Source: Mobula hypostoma (taxonomy: Eukaryota). From it: a DNA stretch of 64,000 nt. The notes under the pieces are model-generated. The model searched no databases. It saw only the letters and a program-made list of their open reading frames with translations, and was not told the DNA's origin. Positions 26,511 through 38,842 of this stretch are shown piece by piece. The first letter of the stretch is position 1. The number at the start of each line of letters is the position of its first letter. Location: NCBI RefSeq assembly GCF_963921235.1, contig NC_086108.1, forward strand, positions 96,102,001 to 96,166,000, in the 5' to 3' direction. The translations under genes and the position numbers were made by a program.

Positions 26511-27697
26511 TGGATGTCCATTCTTGTTTATATTGGGTTTATTGAAACAATGCCAGAGGCCCCAGACATAGTGAGATGGAGAGTCGAAGTTATAGGTCTA
26601 ACCCTTCATCCATTTGGGAGCATTAAACTAAATTAGAAGTGCAAATGGATTGCTGCTTCACCTAGAAGGAATGTTTGGGCCCTTGGAGATGTGAAAGAAT
26701 GCCAACCCCATACATGTCTCCTGTTTTATAGAGTCATAGGCCCTTTTTACAGCACAGAAATAGGCCCTTCAGCCCATCCAGTCTGTGCCGAGCCATTAAT
26801 CTGTCCAGTCCCATTGACCTGCACCTGGACCATATTGACCTTCAGCTTTATGAAGGAGCTATTCTCTTTGACTCCCTGATTCATGAGCACTTGCTTTCCT
26901 CCCAACAGTACCTTCTCGTGCCAGCGGCTGTAGGTGCAGCACCTGTCCTCTTGGCCTTTTACTTCCTGCCATCTTCTGAGTGGGGGTCATGGTCATAAAA
27001 TGTGGTGTAAAGGAGAATATTTCTGCTTGTTGAAAGTTTATTTGTGTTTCAATACTTCTGCTAATTCAACAAAATCAGAGAACTTATGAGTGTGTTTGTG
27101 GTCAATTCTTGGTTGCGGATGGGATTATGCTCCCATTTCAGCTCCCTTTTAGTCATAATTGTGTGCTGTTGCTCAGTGTTGAGGCCACAGGATTGTTAGC
27201 CTGAATCTATTGAGGGATCACATTACCTTCCCTGCTTTGTAATTCATGAAGTTATATGTTTTTTTTCTTAAAGAAATTAAGCTAATTTTGCATTGGATGA
27301 TTGCTGTCAGTTCATGCAAAACCTGAAATTTCGACTGAGGCTTTTCGAATGTGAACAACTGAAACTTTACTATACTTTGGCTTTGGATGATTTTGGGTTG
27401 TTCTTGCAAAACAAATCCATTACTGCTTGAAGGTATATTGTTTCACAAATCTTATCTGCAATTTAAGACATTCTGAAGGCTTCTGAATCAGATGGGATAT
27501 GCTGTACTTAGATAAAGACTGAGTATTTGCATTCTTATGTTTTTGACTTAAATTTATTTGCAAGATGTTATTTATGCCCCAAATATTTGGGGTGGGTGAG
27601 AAATTAAAACATGTATTTTACAATGCATTGGTCTATTCCACTTTGTTCTCGAATGTGACAGTCTGTCAATGAGTGTAAGACTCAAATTCTATTCAGT

Positions 27698-28424
27698 AGA
27701 ATCAGAATCAGGTTTAATATCTCAGGCATATGTCGTGAAATTGTTGTACAGTGCAGTACATAACGATAGAGAAAAAAACTGAATTACAGTCAGTGTGTGT
27801 CTCTCTCTCTCTCTCTCTCTCATATGTGTGTGTGTATGTATATATATACTAGTTAAAATAAATAAATAGTGCAAAAATAAAAATAGTCAGGTCATGTTCA
27901 TGGGTTCAATGTCCATTCTGAAGTCAGATGGCAGAGGGAAAGAAGCTGTTCCTGAATCATTGAGTGTGTACCTTCAGGCTCCCCTACCTCCTTCCTGATG
28001 GTAGCAATGAGAAGAGGGCATGTCCTGTGTGATGGGGATCCGTAATAATGGATGCTTCCTTTCTGATGTATTGCTCCTTGAAGATAGTATGGAAGCTAGT
28101 ACCCATGATGGATCTAAGTTTACAACTCTCTGCAGCTTACTTTGATCCTGTGTAATAGCCCCCCCCCAACCTTACTGGATGGTGATACAACCAGTTAGAA
28201 TGCTCTCCACGGCACATCTGTAGAAATTTGCGAGTGCTTTTGCTGACGTACCAAATCTCCTTAAACTCCGAATGAAGAAAAACCACTGCTATGCCTCCTT
28301 TGTAGCTGCATCGATATGTTGGGCCCAGGATAGAGTCTCAAAGGTGTTGACACCCAGGAACTTCAAATTGCTCACTCTTTCCACTCCTGATTCCCCTATG
28401 AGGACTGGTGTGTGATCCCTTGTC
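27698..28424 (-). mobile_element. Rex1/Babar 3' fragment ending ~75 bp upstream of TGFBR3 exon 2
   Basis: Reverse tail AGAATCAGAATCAGGTTTAAT; collinear with 4015-4725. Confidence 0.85.
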
Positions 28425-28501
28425 AAAATAAATAGTAATGCACTCACAATTGAATCATCATCTATTTACTTACCTTTTCATTTTGTATATTTTTCCTTTA
28501 G

Positions 28502-28673
28502 GCTTACGAAGGAGAAAAGGAAGATCAGAATTTACATTCCATTTTATTTTGCTAAGAAGAAAAGGTACAGTGGTGTAAATCTTGCCCAGTACAAGAGGCA
28601 ATCTTGGCCACATTAAAAGATAGACTTTCTCCACTGGAAAGCAAAGCTAATTACATAGCATTGTATCTTAAAC
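28502..28673 (+). other. TGFBR3: TGFBR3 exon 2, 5' UTR portion
   Basis: Polypyrimidine tract plus TTTAG acceptor (AG at 28500-28501); no ATG in this exon before 28674. Confidence 0.75.
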
Positions 28674-28734
28674 ATGACGTCACATGGAATTCAAGCAATA
28701 CTACTCTTTTTGCTGATACATGGTGGGTCTACAG
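28674..28734 (+). CDS. TGFBR3: TGF-beta receptor type III (betaglycan), first coding exon (signal peptide)
   Basis: AACATG start; MTSHGIQAILLFLLIHGGST-G versus human MTSHYVIAIFALMSSCLATA-G (recalled); 61 coding nt; phase-1 donor CAG|GTGAGT joins in frame to 55064. Not present in the ORF track. Confidence 0.93.
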
Positions 28735-29936
28735 GTGAGTTCCTTTGTATAAACTTCAAATCCCAAGCAAGTCTTTATTTATGCTGTTCATGGCTCATTG
28801 CAGACTGACATAGAATGTTTCAGTTACGAGGAAAGATTGGAAAAGCTAGTTGCATTTTGGACATGATTAAGATATATAACAGTATGAAGAATTTAGATAC
28901 GATAGACTGCAGGAAACCTTTCTCATCAGAAATGAATAAAACTAGATGACATAGATTTGGGGTAAAAATTTTAGAGGGCATCTCGGAGGGACTTTGAGTG
29001 TGGTGAGTACCTGGTGTACACTGGCTGAGAGGCTGTGGAAGCACATGAATAGCCTGGGTGTAGAAGGCTAAAGTGCAAGTGTTGAAAGATGCTGATATTC
29101 ATTGTGTACACAGCGGACTGAATATTCTTTTTCTGTAGCCTGCAGAATCCTATTTTTACTTGTCCTTCTTTATCAAAATACTGGCTTTAAAATCCAAGCT
29201 TCCTGCCACAAGTAACTCTTTGCCAATAGAAGCGTGTACATTTCCAGCGCAGAAGGAGGTAATTTAGCCCTTGGTGCGTATGTTAGGATGTTTATAAAAG
29301 AGGTCATAATTCCTACTATTGCAATCTTTCCATAGTTTTGTATCTTCTTCTTTAAATACTTATCACTTGTATCTTTAAACTGATTTAATTCACTTGGCTA
29401 AGCACAGTTCTAAACCCGCCTTTGTATATTATTAGACCAAAAGATCCAGGTGCGGCTTCGGGATTCAAATGTTCATTTAGTAGTTTATTCGTGGTGGATT
29501 CAAATGGGGGGGGGGACTAAGCTAATAAAAAGGGAATGTCTACAGAGTGAAGAATAAAAATGAATGTATCTCGGGGGAAAAAAAGCACAAATTTTTTTTT
29601 AAGGTGCTTGCAGAATAAAATTGACAAAGTAAGAGAAGGAGTAGAAAGGGACTTGAGGGGAAAAGAATAAAGAACCAAGGTGGATTTTTTTTATAAAATA
29701 AGTATTGAACTGTTAAAGTGTGAATTGGATAAATGTATTTAGAAGCATGTTTCTGAAAATTGGATTTTGCCATTTGATTAAGAAAAATCTTGGGTTTTGT
29801 TAACATTTTTAAAAATTTGAGTTTTTAGTTTTGATTTTAGCTTGAAATCCAAATTACAGAAGGACATCTACAAACTGTAGCTAGTATCTTTTATTTTACT
29901 TTTAAAAAAAGGTATTATTGTTTACTGGCACACCAT

Positions 29937-30165
29937 AAACATAAGAGATCATGTGGGTGCTGAAAATCTGGAGCATCACACAAAAAGTACTGGAGGAATT
30001 CAGCAAGTCAGGCAGCATCTATGGAAGGGAGTAAACCAGACGATGCTTTGGGCTGAGACCCTTCGTCAGTCCCGATGAAGGATCTTGGCCCAAAACATCG
30101 ACTGTTTGTTTCCCTCTGTAGATGCTATCTGACTTGCTGAGTTCCTCCAGATTTTGTGTGTTACT
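29937..30165. mobile_element. Fold-back Penelope-derived short element
   Basis: Inverted arms CTGGAGGAATTCAGCAAGTCAGGCAGCATCTA / TAGATGCTATCTGACTTGCTGAGTTCCTCCAG; centre at ~30068 in the hammerhead motif. Confidence 0.8.
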
Positions 30166-30979
30166 TATATTCACTGGAAACTTTTGTGATCTCACCCAGC
30201 AGTTTTCTCACCATAACCACTTGTTTGTGACTTCAATTTTTCCTAATTGCCAAAGCTATCCAGTACATAGTTCCATAATTTCATTATGGATGGCTGCCTT
30301 ACTTAGATCCTCACTGGATTTGGTTATTTTTGTGTATGAATTGAGGCATTCGTTTTGTATAGCAAGTTAATAGAGCTTGCTTAAGTGCTGACTTTTATTT
30401 ATTTTAATAATTCCTCCTACCCACTTCTTTCCGTTCTAGGCACAAGGCGTTTTGGTACTGTTCTGGCAGTGGTGCCAAGATAATCAAGCATATGCTAGCA
30501 AAGGCTTGGATTTGAATTCTGATGACCTACAGTGTAGTTTGAAGCACATTGATATGGTTTGCTGATGTTTCTTTTGCTCATTGTGCTACCTGTGTGGTTA
30601 ACTAAACTTTTTTTTTCCAGCATGACTCGTGGTGGAGCAAGATTTCTATTTACATGGTCTGATGTTGAATTCATAAAAAAAATCATACCAGAACAGTAAT
30701 CCTGACTTTAAAAAAAGTTTAAATATCCAAACCACAAGTTTAAGCTTGAATTGGGAAAATTATAGGTCAATGTACTTTCACCTTTTTATGGTGGACTTTG
30801 ACTTAGTATGGTAATGGGGACATGTGGTTGCATTGAAAATAAGTTAGAACATTTATAAGGAAGTCAGTTATAAGGGGATTGAAATTCTCTTGAAGTGACT
30901 AAAGGATTTTAACAGTAGAAGTTTAAGATACTGTAGAGGTGGCAAATGAGTACCAAAAAACTGTAATTCTGCATCTATT

Positions 30980-31400
30980 TATCATATGAAGAGTGTTTGA
31001 TGGCTCAAGGCCTTTACTCACTGGAGTTTAGAAGAATAAGGGGGATTTCATTGAAATCAATCAAAAATTAGAAGGCCTAAATAGAGTGGACATGCTGAGG
31101 ATATTTCCAATAGTGGATCTGTCTAGGACCTGAGGGCACAGCTTCAGAACACAAGGACACCCCTTTAGAACAGAGATGAGGAGGAATTTCTTTGGTCAAA
31201 AGGTGGAAAATTGGTGGAATTCATTACCCTAGAGGCCTGTGCAGATCAAATTTTGGGTATATTTAAAGTGGATTTTGATGGGTTCTTGATTAGTTAAGGC
31301 ACCAAAGCTTATGGGGAGAAAGTAAGGGAATAGGGTTGAGAAGGGAAGTAATCAGCCTTGATGGAATAGTGGGGCAGACTTGAGGGGCTGAATGGGCGGC
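30980..31400 (+). mobile_element. CR1-type LINE 3' end
   Basis: Homologous to 11432-11755. Confidence 0.75.
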
Positions 31401-31814
31401 TCCGCTCCTTTCTCTTTCTGAAATTCATGTCAAGATGGGATGTGAGCTCAATGATAAGAAACTCTGTCTCAGCCCAAGCAACCTGGGATGGATGAAATTT
31501 CTGTCAAGGAAGCAGAGCTTTCAGTAGAGCAGAGAACGAAATTAAAGCTTGGTTATTCTTGATTTGAACAGGATGTGAATGTAGGTGATGTAATTGGTAA
31601 GTTGGCGGATGACACAAAATTTCACGGTGGTGTTGAAAGTGAGGGTGGGTAGACTTTTGTTACAGAAAATTAATGAGTTTGTAAAATAGGCAGAGCAATG
31701 GGAGGTGAAATTTAACCCTGAAAAAGTGATGCATATTGGGTGGATTAGTAAGTCAGATACACACAGTGAATCGTAGGTCACTACAAAGTCCCGAGGAACA
31801 GAGGCACTTTGGAC

Positions 31815-33472
31815 ATGTCCATCTTGTCCAAATGACTTCAGACCTTCCAGCTTCCCAAGCACCTTCTTCTTAACAAGAGTAAATACACTCCCTTCGGCAT
31901 TTGAAACTCTCGAATTTCTAGCATATTGCAAGTGTCTTCCACAGTGAAGACTAACACAAAATACTTATTAAGTTTATCTGCCTTTTCTTTGCCCCCAATT
32001 ACTACTTCTCCAGGATCATTTTCCATTGGTCCGATATCCACTCTCGCCTCTCTTTTACTCTTTATATATCTGGGAAAAAATCTTTTAGAAACATAGAAAA
32101 CCTACAGCACCATACAGGCACTTCGGCCCATAATGCTGTGCCAAACATGTACTTACTTTAGAAATTACCTAGGGTTACCCATAGCCCTCTATTTTTCTAA
32201 GCTCCATATACCTATCCAGGAGTCTCTCAAAAGACCCTATTGTATCTGCCTCCATCACAGTCGCCAGCAGCCCGTTCCATGCACTCATCATTCTCTGCGT
32301 TTTTTAAAAAAAACTTACCCCTGATGTGCCCTCGGTACCTACTTCCAAGCACCTTAAAACTGTACCCTCTCGTGTTAGCCATAAAAAGCCGGACTACCCA
32401 CATGATCAATGCCTCTTAACATCTTATACACCTCTCAGGTCACCTCTTTCCTCCGTCGCTACAAGGAGAAAAGGCCAAGTTCACTCAACCTATTCTCATA
32501 AGGCATGCTCCCCAGTCCAGGCAACATCCTTGTAAATCTCCTCTGCACCCTTTTTATAGTTTCCACATCCTTCCTATAGTGAGGTGACCAGAACTGAGCA
32601 CAGTACTCCAAATGGGGTCTAACCAGGGTCCTATATAGCTGTAATGTTACCTCTTGGCTCTTGAACTCAATCCCACAGTTGATGAAGGCCGATGCACCAT
32701 ATGCCTTCTTAACCACAGAGACAACCTGCACAGCAGCTTTGAGTGTCCTTTGGACTCGGACCCCAAGATCCCTCTGATCCTCCACACTGCCAAGAGTTTT
32801 ACTATTAATGCTATATTCTGCCATCATATTTGACCTACCAAAATGAACCACCTCACATTTACCTGAGTTGAACTCCATCTACTACTTCTCAGCCCAGTTT
32901 TGCTTCCTATCGATGTCCCACTCTAACCTCTGACAGCCCTCCACACTATCCACAACGCCCCCAACCTTTGTGTCATCAGCAAATTTCCTAACCCATCCCT
33001 CCACTTCATCATCCAGATCATTTATAAAAATCACAAACCGAAGGGGTCCCAGAACAGATCCCTGAGACACACCACTGGTCACTGACCTCCATGCAGAATG
33101 TGATCCGTTTACAACCACTCTGCCTTCTGTGGGCAAGCCAATTCTGGATCCACATAGCAAGGTCCCCATGCATCCCATGCCTCCTTACTTTCTCAATAAG
33201 CCTTGCATGGGTACCTTATCAAATGCCTTGCTGAAATCCATATATACTATTTTTGTTGTCCTATTTTATATTATTGGCTACCTTACTTTCATAATTCATC
33301 TTTTCTCTCCTTATAGCTTTATTCATTACCTTCTGTTGGTTTTTAAAAGCTTTCTGATCTGCTGACTTCCCACTAATTGTTGCTGTACTATATGCCTTCT
33401 CTTTTGCTGTTATGCTGACTTTGACTTCCCTTGTTAACCACAGTTGCTTTATCCTCCCTTTAAAATACTTCA
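31815..33472 (-). mobile_element. Old CR1-type LINE fragment interrupted by a younger CR1 (32087-33250)
   Basis: Flanks are collinear with 7920-9150 (DKLNKYF..VFTVED; WLTREVKVSITAKEKAY). Confidence 0.7.
32087..33250 (-). mobile_element. CR1-type LINE, 5'-truncated RT
   Basis: SGVSQGSVLGP, KFADDTKVGG, LYRTLVRPHLEYCAQFWSP; reverse tail TAGAAACATAGAAA. Confidence 0.9.
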
Positions 33473-35064
33473 AGTATTATAGGTAGGTGTAGTGGTTAAG
33501 AAAACACATGAGATGCTTCCCATCATTAACCAAGGCATAGGTTATAAGGAAAGAAGTTTATGGAATAAATTTATTAATATTACCAAGGCCACAACTGAAG
33601 CAGAGAAGATGAAAGAAGATTTTGGAGAGGTTAGCTGAATCTTACTGCCTCTGACAATAGTATATCTAATAAGAGGGGCCAGGTAACTGAGGTATAGGAA
33701 AGAATTATATGGTGATTTCAGATATGATACTCTCTAAATGATTTGCAATTGTTGGAGATGTTGTGACCCTGGTGGCTTTCAAAGTGAAAAACAATTTGCA
33801 TTGTTGATGGAGCCATTGAATATGTCAACTAGCATGAGATCCAGGAGAGTCTAAGAACTGTAAGAATGAAATTCCATTTACCAAATTTGAAATTATTTGT
33901 GTTTTGTAACATAGCATGATATCCATGGCTCTTTCTGATGTTCTCTATAGTAATATATTATTTTGTTAACTGTTGGTTAATTGCAGTGTGCAGGTCAGGC
34001 CTTTTGCAATTGGGAACTGAAAACCTGAAGGTCAGGTAATCTCCCTTTTGACATTGGACTCTGTGCTGATTCTAGGCGTGTGCCAGGGGTGATGACATGT
34101 AGCACTTGAATGGGATTGCTAACTTTCATTAGAAAGATTTTTTTTCTCTTCTTTGTCCTACTTCTGTTTGCTTAATTTCTGTTAGACGTTACAGAGTGGG
34201 ATTAGGTGTAGTGTCATTCACAAATCCCTCTAATTTGTGAGGCAGACATGGCAATTTAACATTATTCTTGTGACAATGTAGAGAGCTGGGTCAATATTAA
34301 TGACTCCCCAGGGATATATGTACTATTGTGTCACCACCTTCATCCTGCACAAAAAGCCAGTGGAACCTGAGAATCCCAGTGATGAGATGTTGGACTGTTG
34401 AGATGTTGACTGAAATTTGTTTCTGTGATCATGATGGCCCATTGCTATTGCCTGGAATCAGCAGGATAGCTCTTCCAATTTTGGCATAGCTCCCCAGATG
34501 CCTTTACCATGCCTGAATCTAGTGCTCGGTTTAATGGCAGTTAAACAGCAGACACGTTCCTGAGAATCCGTAGTTGTATTTAGGCCAGGCCAGTTATGCA
34601 TGGCACATTTCCTTCCTTAAAGAATGTTAGTAAAGAGATGTTCAAGGATGAACAGCTTTCTCTGATGAATTTATTGCATATTTAGCTGTTATATTTGCTC
34701 CCTTTAGAATTTGTTTACCCAGCTTTGATCTTCTCTGTCAGGTTGTTATTTGAATCAACTTACTGAGCACTGAGAGTACTGAAATAGACCACTGCATCTT
34801 TCGACTTGAATGGCTAGCATTTAGAGATGGTTCTGCATATACCTTGTTCTCGTATGACCCTTGTAGGAAAATCTAATTTAAGTTGTTGGTTATGGACAGA
34901 ATTAAACATAATCTGAGGTGTGTTCCAATGAAGTATCTTGCCCAAGTAACGGTTGCCATGAGACCATAAGACGTAGGTGCAAGATTAGGTCATTTGGCCC
35001 ATTGAGTCTGCTCTGCCGTTCACTCATGGGTGACTTATTTTCCCTCTCAACCCCATTCTCCCGC

Positions 35065-35936
35065 AAAGTCACATCTGTCAGAAGTGCATACGGCTGGGCG
35101 ATCTGGAAGACCGTGTAAGGAATCTGGAGCAGCAGCTGGATGACCTTCGACTCATGAGGGAGAATGAGGCAGTCATAGATGAGAGCTACAGAAAGGTAGT
35201 CACACCTAGGCTGTCGGAAGCAGGTCGTTGGGTGACAGTCAGAGGGGGGAAAGCGAAGGGAAGCAGACAGGTAGTGCAGAGCACCCCTGTAGCCATTCCC
35301 CTGAATAATAAGTTTACCATCCTGGATACTGTTGGCGGGGACGACCGACCAGGTGTGAGCCCTGGTGGCAGGGCCTCCGGCACTGAGTCTGACTCTGTGG
35401 TGCAGAAGGGTGGGACGGAGAAGAGGAGAGCTGTCGTCATTGGAGACTCTATAATCAGGGGAGCAGACAGGAGATTTTGTGGACGTGAGAAGGACACCCG
35501 CATGGTTTGTTGCCTCCCGGATGCCAGGGTCCGGGATGTCTCTGACCGGGTGCATGACATCTTGGTACGAGAGGGAAAGCAACCAGAAGTCGTGATACAT
35601 GTTGGGACCAACGACATAGGCAGGAAGAGGGATGAGGTCCTGAAGTGTGAGTTTCGAGAATTAGGCAGAAGGCTGAAGAACAGGACCTCAAGGGTGTCGT
35701 TCCCAGGATTGCTGCCAGTGCTACGTGACAGAGATGGTAAGAATTGGAGGAGATGGCAGTTGAATGCGTGGCTGAGGAGTTGGTGCAGGGAGCAAGGTTT
35801 TAGATTTTTAGATCATTGGGATCTCTTCTGGGGAAGGTGGGACCTGTACAGATTAGATGGGTTGCACCTGAACTCGAGAGGGAGCAATATCCTTGCAGGT
35901 AGGTTTGCTAGCATGGTTCGGGAGGGTTTAAACTAA
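35065..35936 (+). pseudogene. CR1 ORF1 (zinc-finger/coiled-coil remnant plus SGNH esterase-like domain)
   Basis: HICQKC, VIGDSIIRG, VVIHVGTNDIG, DGLHLN blocks; open from 35154 to TAA at 35936; N-terminus truncated. Confidence 0.88.
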
Positions 35937-35980
35937 TTTGCAAGGGGGATGGGACCCAGAGCGATAGAGCAGAGAAAGAA

Positions 35981-38842
35981 GTGCATGGAGTAAAGCCAGA
36001 TCTAACATACAGAGAGGCTTTGAGGAAAGAGAAGCAGAATAAACAGTGTAAAGACAGTAAGGTAGAAGGACTGAAATGTGTGTACCTCAATGCAAGAAGC
36101 ATCAGGAACAAAGGTGATGAACTGAGAGCTTGGATACATACATGGAATTATGATGTAGTGGCCATTACAGAGACTTGGCTGGCACCAGGGCAGGAATGGA
36201 TTCTCAATATTCCTGGATTTCAGTGCTTTAAAAGGGATAGAGAGGGCGGAAAAAGGGGAGAAGGGGTGGCATTACTGGTCAGGGATACTATTACAGTTAC
36301 AGAAAGGGTGGGTAATGTAGCAGGGTCCTCTTTTGAGTCAATATGGGTGGAAGTCAGGAACAGGAAGGGAGCAGTTACTCTGCTGGGGGTATTCTATAGG
36401 CCCCCTGGTAGCAGCAGAGATACAGAGGAGCAGATTGGGAGGCAGATTTTGGAAAAGTGCAAAAATAACAGGGTTGTTATCATGGGTGACTTTAACTTCC
36501 CTAATACTGATTGGCACCTGCGTAGTTCCAAGGGTTTAGATGGGGCAGAATTTGTTAAGTGTGTCCAGGATGGATTCCTGTCACAGTATGTGGACAGGCC
36601 GACCAGGGGGAATGCCATACTAGATCTAGTACTAGGTAATGAACCGGGTCAGGTCACAGATCTCTCAGTGGGTGAGCATCTGGGGGACAGTGACCACCGC
36701 TCCCTGGCCTTTATAATTATCATGGAAAAGGATAGAATCAAAGAGGACAGGAAAATTTTTAATTGGGGAAAGGCAAATTATGAGGCTATAAGGCTAGAAC
36801 TTGCGGGTGTGAATTGGGATGATGTTTTTGCAGGGAAATGTACTATGAACATGTGGTCGATGTTTAGAGATCTCTTGCGGGATGTAAGGGATAAATTTGT
36901 CCCGGTGAGGAAGGTAAAGAATGGTAGGGTGAAGGAACCATGGGTGACAAGTGAGGTGGAAAATCTAGTCAGGAGGAAGAAGGCAGCATACATGAGGTTT
37001 AGGAAGCAAGGATCAGATGGGTCTATTGAGGAATATAGGGAAGCAAGAAAGAGCTTAAGAAGGGGCTGAAGGGGGCATGAGAAGGCCTTGGCGAGTAGGG
37101 TGAAGGAAAACCCCAAGGCAGTCTTCAATTATGTGAAGGAAAAAAGGATGACAGGAGTGAAGGTAGGACCGATTAGAGATAAAGGTGGGAAGATGTGCCT
37201 GGAGGCTGTGGAAGTGAGCAAGGTCCTCAATGAATACTTCTCTTCGGTATTCACCAATGAGAGGGAACTTGATGATGGTGAGGACAATATGAGTGAGGCT
37301 GGTGTTCTGGAGCATGTTGATATTAAGGGAGAGGAGGTGTTGGAGTTGTTAAAATACATTAGGACAGATAAGTCCCCAGGGCTTGATGGAATATTCCCCC
37401 GGCTGCTCCACGAGGCGAGAGGAGAGATTGCTGAGCCTCTGGCTAGGATCTTTATGTCCTCGTTGTCCACGGGAATGGTACCGGAGGATTAGAGGGAGGC
37501 GAATGTTGTTCCCTTGTTCAAAAAAGGTAGTAGGGATAGTCTGGGTAATTATAGACCAGTGAGCCTTATGTCTGTGGTGGGAAAGCTGTTGGAAAAGATT
37601 CTTAGAGATAGGATCTATAGGCATTTAGAGAATCATGGTCTGATCAGGGACAGTCAGCATGGCTTTGTGAAGGGCAGATCGTGTCTAACAAGCCTGATAG
37701 GGTTCTTTGAGGAGGTGACCAGGCATATAGATGAGGGTAGTGCAGTGGATGTGATCTATATGGATTTTAGTAAGGCATTTGACAAAGTTCCACACGGTAG
37801 GCTTATTCAGAAAGTTAGAAGGCATGGGATCCAGGGAAGTTTGGCCAGGTGGATTCAGAATTGGCTTGCCTGCAGAAGGCAGAGGGCGGCGGTGGAGGGA
37901 GTACATTCAGATTGGAGGATTGTGACTAGTGGTGTCCCACAAGGATCTGTTCTGGGACCTCTACTTTTTGTGATTTTTATTAACGACCTGGATGTGGGGG
38001 TAGAAGGGGGGGTTGGCAAGTTTGCAGATGACACAAAGGTTGGTGGTGTTGTAGATAGTGTAGAGGATTGTCAAAGATCGCAGAGAGACATTGATAGGAT
38101 GCAGAAGTGGGCTGAGAAGTGGCAGATGGAGTTCAACCCGGAGAAGTGTGAGGTAAGTACACTTTGGAAGGACAAACTCCAAGGCAGAGTACAAAGTAAA
38201 TGGCAGGATACTTGGTAGAGTGGAGGAGCAGAGGGATCTCGGGGTACATGTCCACAGATCCCTGAAAGTTGCCTCACAGGTGGATAGGGTAGTTAAGAAA
38301 GCTTATGGGGTGTTAGCCTTCATAAGTTGAGGGATAGAGTTTAAGAGTCGCGATGTAATGATGCAGCTTTATAAAACTCTAGATAGGAGTATTGTGTCCA
38401 GTTCTGGTCACCTCACTATAGGAAGGATGTGGAAGCATTGGAAAGGGTACAGAGGAGATTTACCAGGATGCTGCCTGGTTTAGAAAGTATGCATTATGAT
38501 CAGAGATTAAGGGAGCTAGGGCTTTACTCTTTGGAGAGAAGGAGGATGAGAGGAGACATGATAGAGGTGTACAAGATAATAAGAGGAATAGGTAGAGTGG
38601 ATAGCCAGCGCCTCTTCCCCAGGGCACCACTGCTCAATACAAGTGGACATGGCTTTAAGGTAAGGGGTGGGAAGTTCAAGGGGGATATTAGAGGAAGGTT
38701 TTTTACTCAGAGAGTGGTTGGTGCGTGGAATGCACTGCCTGAGTCAGTGGTGGAGGCAGATACACTTGTGAAGTTTAAGAGACTACTAGACAGGTATATG
38801 GAGGAATCTAAGGTGGGGGCTTATATGGGAGGCAGGGTTTGA
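35981..38842 (+). pseudogene. CR1 ORF2 (APE endonuclease plus reverse transcriptase), disrupted
   Basis: YLNARSIRNK, ITETWL, MGDFN, SDH; YRPVSL, DFSKAFD, GVPQGSVLGP, FADD; broken by frameshifts (~37050, ~38155) and stops (37490 TAG, 38328 TGA). Confidence 0.92.

Noticed and set aside
34902..38277. Long minus-strand ORFs
   Set aside because: Antisense shadows of CR1 ORF1/ORF2.
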